The notes below the pieces were generated by a model. That model did no database searches, was not told where the DNA came from, and worked only from the letters and a program-made list of their open reading frames with translations. DNA of 64,000 nucleotides. Source: Paraspadella gotoi (Eukaryota; Animalia; Chaetognatha). Position 1 is the stretch's first letter, and each line of letters opens with the position of its first letter. Positions 53,331 to 64,000 of the stretch are shown in pieces. The stretch spans positions 8,691,619 through 8,755,618 of the forward strand of contig CM119269.1 of the NCBI GenBank assembly GCA_051294375.1, read 5' to 3'. The position numbers were made by a program, and so were the translations under genes.

Positions 53331-54669
53331 GGGTGCTTTAATTCAGCGGAGGCGGAAGAGGAGGCGGCGGCGGCGGTGGCGGCGCTTCATCGTCGAACCG
53401 GAATTCTTAAAAAATAATAATAATAAAAAAGTGCAGAACCAATAGGAAAATATTCTATGTTTATAACAACGCTAATTGTGTTTGTATTCTTAATTATTCT
53501 TAATACATGTATTAAAAACATGATTAATTAAATTAATTTTATTATAAAGGATAAAAATGACTGATGGATCGTTAATTTAATTTAAAAATTAACGGGACAA
53601 CCAGTTTCGAACTCCAAGATTTCCAGCGACGTCGCCTTCTCGTCCGTACGGAGCCACCCTGTCGACGCCGCCGACTGCGCCGGCTGCGGCGACGAGTCAT
53701 GCCCGCCGCGCCGCCACGGTGCCGCGGCGCTGGCCTAGCAAAGACGAAGGCGCTCCAGATATAAACACGAAGGGAAGTTTTTTGTTCTCTCTTCTCCGTC
53801 GTAAGTCTTTGCGAAACGGAGGGAAAAAAGGGAGGAAAAAAGTAAGGAAAAGGAATATAAGGAGATCTGGGAGAAAAAAAAAGGATGAATGTGAAATGAG
53901 GAAATTTAAATGGAGAGGAAAAAAGAAAAGAGAAACGAAGATAATAGAAAGAAAAGGAAGAAAAAAGTCTTGATGTTGATAAAGAGAGAAAAAAAGAAAA
54001 ACAAAATAAATGGAAGAAAAAGGAAACGAAGTGCAAACATTTCCTCCGAATCGGCGAAACTGAAGCGACGACTGAGAATGGAGAGAAAATCAGGCCAAAA
54101 AAACGAGGGAATGAGGCCAGAGGAAAGAGGCCAAATGATAGAACGGTGAACTGGCCTGGGAAATGAAACTCAACTAAAAAAAGCTAACATCTCCTTTAAC
54201 TCGGTTAAAAAAAAAACAACCAAAAAACAAACCAAGAAATACAGGCAACAAAATTGGAATGAGGCCACCGAAATAGGCAATGATCATGAAGACTGTGGAA
54301 TGACCGTTTGTAGGGAATGAAGCCTGATCAGTTCGAAATAATGCTCACGGAATTAGAAACAGAATGAGGCCTTTAAAATTACGGAAGCCGGAGAAAAATA
54401 TTAATAAAAAAACAATAAAAAAAGTATAAAAAAAATCACGTTCACTAAGAGACATAATCATTGAACAATAAAATATATGTTGGCATTTAATTGGTTGTAA
54501 CTGAGATGAATTAGGTTTAGCACTTCTGAATAAAATTAAAAGTTTTATTCCTTAAAAATGTATATTTAGTTAAAACAAAATAATTCCTAAAATTTCCTTT
54601 TCAAATATTGAGATTCGCCCAAAAATCGGAAATCCAGTTTTGCGTCATGAGAAAAAAAAGAACAAAATT

Positions 54670-54738
54670 GGGGATATTTTTTTGATCCCCGGGGAACTGA
54701 ACCGGGGATATTTTTTTGATCCCCGGGGAACTGAATCG
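54670..54738. repeat. ~34-bp tandem duplication
   Basis: ggggatatttttttgatccccggggaactgaa occurs twice. Confidence 0.85.
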
Positions 54739-55563
54739 GAGTCAGAACGGGGATTTTGGAAGAAGACCAAAAAAGTCGTTTCCCCTTTGTACGCTGAGTA
54801 GTGAGTACCTAAGGACGGAGACGGGGGCGGCGGCGGGCGGCGAATGCCGAGTGGCGCAGGAGTAGCGAAGATGGCGGAAACGAAAAACAAAATGGCGGCG
54901 AAATAAAAATAGCGAAAAAAAAGTGAATCGGCAGAAGAGACGAAATAAAAACCGTCGCGGATAAAATAAGAGAGATGGCGATGCTGGCGAAGGGCGGTGA
55001 TAAAAAAAAAAACCCAGTGAGACACTTTGGAAAAATAAGGAAAAGGGGGAAAAGGAAGAGGAAGAGGAAGAGGAAAAAATGAGAAGGGGAAAATAAAGGA
55101 AGAGCAAAGAAGGATTAAGAAGAGTTAATGGACAAGGGAATAAAGAAAGAGAGAAAAAGAAATAAAGGAAAGCGATTGAGTGGAAAAGACATGAAATGGA
55201 AGGAATCACCCGGGAATTAAATACTAAAGTAAGATTAAATATGAATCAAATTATTAAGGATTATGAAATAAAAATGGTGGCGAAAAATAAAAATGAGTAA
55301 AAAATAGTAAAAAAAAAAAATAAACAAACAATTAAAAGAAGAACCCAGGGCAAAAACAAATTAAGAAAAACCCAAATTGTAATATTTTATAAAAATCAGA
55401 TGCTAAGCTTAGTCAAACTGAAAAGTAAAAATAATAAATTAAAATCGATGGAATATAAAATAATTATCGAAGAGTTTTTTGTTTTTTGTTTTTTTTTATA
55501 AAATGACGAATGTAGAGACCAAAAGAGAACATTTAAAAACAAGAAAAAACCGGGCGACCAAAG

Positions 55564-55646
<83 letters not shown>

Positions 55647-56765
55647 CTCTCTCTCCAACGAAGCAACGAGGCGGATGGCACGACGTTTGGATGGCACGAC
55701 GTTGGATGGCAATGGCACGACGCTCTCGGTTGGACCTAGGCGAAAACGGAGGAGGAAGAGGAAAGGAAAAGGAGGGGAGGAAGAAGAAGAAATAGATTGA
55801 ATGGATAGAAACTCAGAAGAACCGAAAATAATAGAAGATTAAAGGGAATTGCGTTTTTGTCTCGTGGGCCTCAGTAGATGATTGTGTCAGATGTGAAGAG
55901 AGATGGCTAGGGGGGGGGTGAAACTGACGGAAGAAGAATAATGTTGCTGTTAAAAAGAAAATAGCTTTGGCAAAAAATAAATGGAACTAAAATTCGGCAA
56001 TATTTATAAATGGTCTCGAGTTAGCTAATTCTCTACTTCTCTTCTAGGAAGTACAAGGCATCTTAAAAATCTCTTAGCCATTTTCTATCTTTTGCATTCA
56101 TTAATTTGTTATTTGTTATTTTAGTGAAACCATTAAAAGTTATTGAATTAACAGTTTAGTTTAACCGTTGCATCAGTGTTTCACTTTCTTTTGCTTCTGT
56201 ATCGATTCCTAAACAGGACTGAAAGAACTTTACGTTGATCAGTTATCATCATCTTGTTCTTTTATTCAATTGACATATTTTCGCTTCATGAAGAATAAGA
56301 CGACGATGAAGACGATCTTGAATACGACGAAGACGACGACGACGACGACGAAGATGACGACGAAGACGACGACGACGATGAGGAAGAAATTCTCAAACTC
56401 TCGTGATGTCGACGACGTTTATTTAAATGCTTTCGCTCATCCGCGATTCTGAAGTATTGAAAAAACAAATTTGAGCAAACAATGTCGGATCTGCCCCGAA
56501 TAAGAGAGAATTGACACAATGCTATGTTTTTATTTGGTAATAGAGATTCGAGTCCTGACGCCACACAGCGTCCTAAGTCAGGCGGCAAATTTTTTATTGA
56601 AGGAAATTAATTTTTTTTTTTATTATTAAATTTTCAAAATGTTTTTTTTCTGTTCGAACTAAGTAAAACTAAAACCTTAGAACTCAAATAAAAAGAAAAT
56701 AAAATATCAAAACCCTAAAGAAATCCACACAAAGTGGAATCGATTCATATCATCATCATTCTTAC

Positions 56766-56945
56766 CTTTTCTTTTCTTCGCCTCCCACTATCCCCTTCCA
56801 CGCCCTCATGCGATTCCGATTAGCGTTGGCGTCGGATATTCGGGTTCCGGTCAGCGACCTCCCGCGAGAGCGACTATCCCGGACGATCCGCTGGGAATTG
56901 GAGGAAGATCTCTTGGAGACTCGATCGGGGGCGGGTTGTTGGCGC
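56766..56945 (-). CDS. Possible Arg/Ser-rich exon of an unknown minus-strand gene
   Basis: cccacag| acceptor, 60 open codons (RQQPAPDRVSKRSSSNSQRIVRDSRSRGRS...GGEEKKK) and an aag|gtaag donor. Confidence 0.3.
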
Positions 56946-57733
56946 TGTGGGGTAATTGCAGTGGAGGTGGAAGGGTATAAGGGGTTGAATTGGGAACGAT
57001 GATTGGGGGTCTGTTACTCTGTGACAGTGAAAAGCGTCGGTCAACCACAACCGAACTGTCGAATGAATTAATCAAATGATTAAATTATTGGTGGGATTAT
57101 TTTTTTTTTAATTTCAGTTAATTAGATTCCGCTTCCCATAGGAAAAAAAATAGTTATTAACAATTATAAAATTGTTACAATCAATATAAAATTTATTCAT
57201 TCATTAAATAAGCTATTTCCCTCTGAATACAGTCCGGATTATCTCAGACTCGCTCACAGTCTAGTTTTATTACATCTTGATTGAAAGCTTGCCGGGACCT
57301 GCTTTGTCANNNNNNNNNNCCTTCGACGCTTCACGAACTCGCGACTTCCCGATCACCGACTTCCTTTCCTCTCCTCTCCTGCCTCCCTTTCTCCTCCTCC
57401 CCTCTCTAATCCTCTTCCTCCTTCCTCGCCTCGGCCTGGATCTCGATCTCTTCCTCAGTTGGAGATGATAAGCGGAATTTGAAGAAGAACGCCGCCTGTT
57501 GAGCGCCTGATGGAAATGGAGTTGAACTTGAACGAAACAAAGTCGGAAATGTGAACTTTGAATGAGGATGATTCCATCCTTTCTTGACGTTGCTTAAGTT
57601 TGTTTTTGTAGTATAAGTTTTATTTATTCAATATCTGTTTCTCTTTTTCTGGTCTAAACATACCCTGTCCTCAACTTTAACCACTGTCCCTTTCTCAAAA
57701 TATTTGTTGGTAACCTTTTTCCCCCTCTCTCTT

Positions 57734-57788
<55 letters not shown>

Positions 57789-58204
57789 TTTTCTGTAATA
57801 TGAAAATCTGTTTTTGAATCACAAGTGTTGATTTCAACTTGTATTAAAATTGAAACATGTCCACTATTTAAAAATAAATCGTTGATTCCAACTTGATTTC
57901 AACTTTTTCTCAAGTATTATTAAATAAATTTATTTAATATTAAGTATTTGTTTTTATTTTTAAATAGCTCTTCATTTGTTTGACTGAAAATTACCAATCT
58001 TGATTCAGTTATCTTTAAGAGAATAAATTCTTTCGCATATCATAATACAGCTGTAGTATTTACTTTTTTAAATTGTTATAATTTGGTTCATTTTCTTTGT
58101 CAGATCGCATTATTGCCAAAGTGAAAACAATTAAAAGGCCTCTTTATCTTAGAAGCAGGATTCTTTAATTTTTTCTTCTCCAGTTTTTATCAACTTAATC
58201 TCGA

Positions 58205-58242
<38 letters not shown>

Positions 58243-58464
58243 TTGTATCAAGCGACTCTCTCTCTATTTGACTCACACGATCTCCCTTTCCCTCGCGTCG
58301 ATACGAGACGTTCATTCCTTTGCTTTGGTCCAAATTGAGTCTCAAGTCAAAATCGTTCTTTCTGTCGAACCGAATCATTTTTTTTTCTAATTAAATATTT
58401 ATTTAATTTCATTTAATTAATGTATTTACTGACACAATATGATTAAAGAACGACTGAGCGTCAC

Positions 58465-60041
58465 CTGTCGGTCGATCGCTTCGGCAGAATGAGTCTCCCG
58501 GGATCGTCATCGTCGTCATCTCTGTTGACGTTTCGGTGAAACTTATTCATTTGTTCATTAGTTGTTTATTTTTAAACAGATCTTAATATTGGCCAAATCT
58601 TCATTACTAAATCAAGCTTGAAAGCTTAGTTTTGGCGATCTGTCATCAATGGGGTGATTTATTTTCCCATTTAAACCGTGAGTCCCTTTTTAAGTTTTAT
58701 ATTCTATTTAATATATTATGAATAATTGGCAGATTACTTGTTTTACTATATTAGACTTTGAAAATTTTTATTAAAGTTTAAAAATAAATGTTAAAAATGT
58801 AAAAATTATTTTACCATGTATTAGATTTAATTATATTCTTTATATATGCATATTCTTTTATAGTTTAATGGCGAGAGGGATGTTAGTGTTGTCTTCTGGA
58901 AATAGAGGGAGCATCTATACAACACAAGGTTAAAAGTTACTTTCTGCCATAGTTTTCTAATTAGATATTATACATCATTCTTTTTAAGAAGTCATTTATT
59001 GAAAATTCAAAAAATCTAAAAGTCTGAACAGAAAGGGGTGGAGAGGATAATTTGTTATGGGATTAAGGTTATTTATGATTCGTTATTGTTGAGGGTTAAG
59101 ACTAATAAGTAGAATTGTATGTTCTGATAGGGATACATACCGGGGAAAGCGGAAAGGGGTGTCCTTATATTTTGATTGAAATTGAAATTGAACTCAATTT
59201 TTTTTAATTAGAAACTATTAAATAATATGGATCAGCGTCACCTGTCGGTCGATCGCTTTGGCAAAATGAGTCTCCCAGGATCGTCGTCGTCATCCTCTTT
59301 ATCTATGTTGACATTCCGATCAAACCTGTTCACTTTTTTATAAATTTGCTTAGTATATTTTTAGGTAAACCTAATATTATATAGGCCTTTTTTTAAATCA
59401 AGCGTGACAATTTAGCTTGGGCTGTCTGATAGAATCATCAAAACAATTTTGTTGTCGTTTTAATCAAGAGTACTTATAATTTTTTTTATACTTTTAATTT
59501 TTAGATAATTGACTTTATATAACTTTTTTTCTTTCCAAATAAATATTAATGAATAATAATATTCCATCAATATCAGCGCCCCCAGCCGCCACCTGTTGGT
59601 AGATCGCTTTGGCAAAATGAGTCTCCCAGGATCGTCATCGTCATCCTCTTCGTCTTTGTTGAGTTTCAGATGAAACCTGTTCACTTGTTTATAAATTTTT
59701 TAAATTTATTTTTAGGTAAACCTAATCGACCGTGATAGTAATATAGGCCTTTTTTTAAATCAAGCATGACAATTTAGCTGGGGCTGTCTGATTTTTTTGT
59801 CATTTTAATCGTGAGCACTTTTTATAATTTTTTTTTTACTTTTAATTTTTAGATAATTTGCATTATATAATTTTGCGCTTGAGATTTCTTTCAAAATAAA
59901 TATTAAAGAATAATAATATTCCATCAAAATCAGTGCCACCAGCCGCCACCTGTTGATCGATCGCTTTGGCAAAATGAGTCTCCCAGGATCGTCGTCGTCG
60001 TCTTCATCGTCTCTGTTGACGTTTCGGCGAAACCTGTTCAT
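58465..60041 (-). CDS. Four repeated exon-like units (60033-59950, 59676-59593, 59325-59242, 58550-58465) encoding an acidic run + PGRLILPKRS
   Basis: Three units are exactly 84 nt and bounded by cag| and ag|gt (phase 2-2). The core PGRLILPKRS is invariant, with only synonymous changes (cct/ccc, ttg/ctg, cca/ccg, tcg/tct). The three right-hand units sit in a ~355-bp tandem repeat. Confidence 0.5.
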
Positions 60042-63000
60042 TTATTTCATTTTTAAACAAACCCTAACTTACCTAAGGCGATCTGAAAATTCGGACTTGG
60101 CGGATCCCCCCCCCCATTTTAACCGTAAGCCTTTTTTTATTGTCTTAGTTCATTTTGATATAATACAATTTGAGAACTTTTTCATCTCGTTCGGCCACTT
60201 TTCAATCGCCATCCATCTTTGCCACTAAAATGAACGTCATTTCCAATTTGCCATTCGACCTGCCCGGCTTTCGGCTGCCACTCGACCGCGCCATCAACTT
60301 TGACGTCGAGGACCTGGACGAGCGGCGTCTATTGAGAGAGCGCGCCGCACGGACGTCGCAATTGGCGCCGCGTCGACGGTCGACTTTGAGCCAATCGCTG
60401 GCGGCGTCGAGGATCCGTTGCAAAAAGAGGAGAAGGCGAAGGGTGATTCGAGTAACGCAGAGGACGATGGCCTGATTCGGTAGATGACATGAAATTGACA
60501 GGAAGAGAACAATCGCCTGATAAAAGCGATTAAAGGTCTGAACCGAGAGAAGATGAAGCTGGTAAGGACCTACTGGTAAGTGGGTCCGGCAAATGTCTCG
60601 GTTGACAACCCATTACCTCAAAGATGCTCCATGTCGTTGCCAAAGTGAGAATCATTTTATTGAGCAAAAGGTCATTTGGATTCTTTTCCTTTTCATCCGT
60701 TTTTTCCGCTTCGTTTTGATTTCTAAATTGAGAATTAAGCGTTTAACGTCGCGTGGGCGAGAAGAAAATAAAATATCGTAGTGGTTACGTTCCTTAAAAT
60801 GCCCGTCAATAAGAAATACTTTGAAATTAAAGTTTTTTCTAATTTTTTTTCCCTTCAATTTAAAACTTTTTTTCTCTGCATATTTCTGTGTATTTCTGAG
60901 TAGTTTCCTTCGACAAGAAATATTTTACGGAAAAACTAAACCGACTTCATTTTACATGAATGTGATTACAATGCGGCTGGTAACGATCGATCGAGCGATC
61001 GCTCTCAAACTGACAAACTTGGTCTGCGTTTCTTTGGATATTTTCGTCGTCTTCGGACAAAGAAAATCAGCGACGGCGTCGAGTCGCTCGTCGAAAAACT
61101 TTCGCGTCGCGACGACGAAGTCTCGAAATTGTGACATTGTCGTCATGGCGACCGGAGGTTGGGAGTTGACCGGATGATGAGTTAGTCGGAAGAGGGGAGT
61201 TTGCCAGATTTATGCCGGAGAGGAAAGATATTTTGCCTAGAGAAAAAGCGCCCCAAAATACGATAAGGCGATCAAAGGTGGAACTGAGATGGACACCGAA
61301 TAACGCCGAAATGAGACGCCTTAAATGAAAATAGAGTAGGCGCCGTTTCAATCGCACGAATTTTCTTTGAAGGATCTTCGGACCCCGAAATAACTAGATT
61401 ATCCCGCAGAAGAAAGAGAGAAAAACTATGCTACTGTTAAAAGGAAATCTCGAGTAAAGCACTAAATCATTTTTGGTTTTGAAGTGTTGCATGTTTATTT
61501 GATTTGTAAGTATAAGGTTACAATAGATTGATAATACATCAAGCAACGTTCCTATCATTCTAATGGTTTTAAAAACGAAAACTCGTTTTTTTTTCTCGAT
61601 CATTCGCTATTTAAACAAATTTAAGCTTACGAATTTTCTGACGATGATAAGGAGAAATAAAATTAAAACAGTATTGACGAACGACAAACATTACAATAAA
61701 GACTCAACTGCCAATACGTTGTAGTACTCATCTAATGCAACAAGATTTAAATATTTTTTTTTCAAAGGATTTAAAAAAGTGAAGTGGGAGAGAGATTTAT
61801 AGGTTATAACGTGTCTTGGCAGAAAAAAATACAAAATCGTATAGCGAACAAAATCTTCTCCAGTTTTAATTTATAAATACGGTATAAAAACACTTAACGA
61901 AAAAAAAAAACATCCTAAGCCGGATATTCGGAGGAATAGAAGCGCCTGCCGGGAGACAACAAAAAAAAATTTTCAATATCGATTTTACATGCAACTAAAA
62001 AAAAATTACAATTAATACAAAAAGAAATTCAATTGATTGAACGATTTGCTTTTTTCTGTTTTTTTCAAATGATAGTAATTAAAATACAAGAAAATGCTAT
62101 GTTGGTTTAATCATTCGGTTGGACGAAGTAATTAAGTTAATCATCTTTTTAGTTGTCCAAATACTATAAAGAAGAATGATGACACATTCATGACAATAAT
62201 TAATGATGATCATGACTCGGACATGATTTACTAAGGTGACCGATTTCGTTTTTCTAATCTTAACAAATTTCTTTTCTTTTTCTTTTTCGTTAATCTAAGG
62301 AAAAGAAATGAGAAAAAGAAGAATCGTTACAAATAATAAACATTGTAAGGCAAGGTTAATTACGATTCCTAATAGTTTGTTCGTTTTGTTTTTTTGTTTG
62401 TTTAAACTAAGGATTCCATTTTCTCACAATTTTTCCATAGAAACGACCTTAAAATAACTATCACAGTTGGTTCTACTTTGTTGTTCTTATTGTAATTTCG
62501 AGGAAGTTCGTTTTTTATTATGGCAAAGTTGATGGTTGTAAAGATATTACGACTAGCTCATAAGTTAGAACCATGTTGCTCTATAAACTATGATACAACG
62601 TGTTTAAAGTGTCAAACAAAGCACAGATAAAAAAGAAACTGTTTAATAATACAGGAGAGTGAACGTACTTCTACTCTTACGATATGTTTTAACTGGTCTC
62701 TGACCAAAAAAAATATTTTTTGCAACTTTCCTATAACCAATATTGCTAATTTTAGTGTTAAATACATCTCGGACGCTTCAAAGCACAAATTTTTCAGTCA
62801 TGCGAGACCGGATTTTACTTTCGGTCCATCAACCAATAATGTTACAATCAAACTGGATAAAAATAGGGTGTTGGTTTATCTAAGAAAAAATAATGTTACT
62901 GAAAGGGATTTCATTTTATCAAGCAAATACACAACATGTACTAATGGTTTTTAATATATAACTTAGTTGTAGAAAATCATTAGGTCGATTTATTTTTCTC

Positions 63001-64000
63001 GTCAAAGTATAATCAGTAAACCATTCCCTAACAATAAGAACTTTTAATCTACACTAAAATTACAATTAGCAAAGACTTTAGTACAGCGGAGAGATCTTTG
63101 TTTTGTTATGAATTTTTTATCTCGCATTTTGGCTTATACTATAATGATAACTATATTATAGGTCGAAAAAATAGCCAAGGTTTTGCATCGTATTTTTAAA
63201 ATTCCTGAGAATAAACGTATTGGAAAGTTGCATAGAAAATGTTTCGTAAGAAAATGAAAATAGTAAAACCGGGGCTATTTATTTTCTTACCAGAATATAT
63301 AACACTCGAGAAATATTGACAATGTTAAATCCGCTTAAGATATGATCTAATTCCTTGAAAAATACCAAGATAATACTCCTTCATAATAACGTTTGTACTG
63401 CTAATGTCCAACCCTAATACCTATAATATGACGTATGTAGAGAAATATACTCCGAGAAGACGCGACAGTTGACTGAACTGCATATTTTATCGAATATGAG
63501 TATCAGTAGATCAAGCTCTAAATATTAACCTGTACAGGATAGCTAATTGTTATAAAGTGATTTAATTAATAAAAAAAAAAGATAACATGATTTAGCTAGA
63601 TTGCCGCTAGTAACCAATGTTTTGAATAAATTATAATTATTAATATTAATATTATTAAAGAGACGCTCTGCTCTAGTAAACACAGAAATAAATCTTTTTT
63701 TTTTTCAAGGTAGATTTCTCATAACGTCACTTTTTTTAAAAATAAGAAAAAACTTTTTAAATACACCTGATTCCATTAACACGCCTACAACGCTGGAATT
63801 TAAAAAAAATATGAAAAAGATGGCTATTAACAGAGTATTCGCCATAAAAAGCCAAGTTTTTTGTCGGCGCAAAAAACGGACATGCAGTAGTAAACTAGTG
63901 GTGAAACTAGCACAAAGTATTAAATGGATAACGGTGATTTGCTGTAGGAAAAAAGCAGCCAAAAATTCATTGACAGTTACAACAACGGAAAGATTTTATT

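Noticed and set aside
58458-60040. CRISPR-like array
   Set aside because: Units are ~85 nt with ~270-nt or longer, mutually homologous spacers, in a eukaryotic context with no cas genes.

Overview
Eukaryotic, microsatellite-rich, intron-containing draft sequence, most likely from an invertebrate metazoan (species not determinable). From 0.9 to 11.6 kb (+) there is a co-oriented group: the 3' exons of an SLC22/OCT-type MFS transporter, a decayed FMO last exon, and two complete intron-containing flavin monooxygenases (449 aa each) that are colinear with the bacterial trimethylamine monooxygenase (Tmm/mFMO) type and diverged at substrate-site motifs. At 42.2-44.5 kb is an intronless 781-aa multi-pass membrane ORF with an XK-related (Xkr) N-terminal half. 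At 58.4-60.1 kb a minus-strand ~84-nt exon-like unit occurs four times with a synonymous-only conserved core (acidic run + PGRLILPKRS). The rest is (AG)n/(TATC)n/(CGA)n repeats, small non-autonomous elements (a TIR element with telomere-like interior, a Helentron/DINE-like element, a tRNA-like fragment between inverted repeats), RFX/NF-Y-like promoter motifs, N gaps, and several duplications and noisy tracts that are probably long-read gap-filling artefacts. Most entries in the ORF track are microsatellite or N translations. All family calls come from motif recall, not from database searches.
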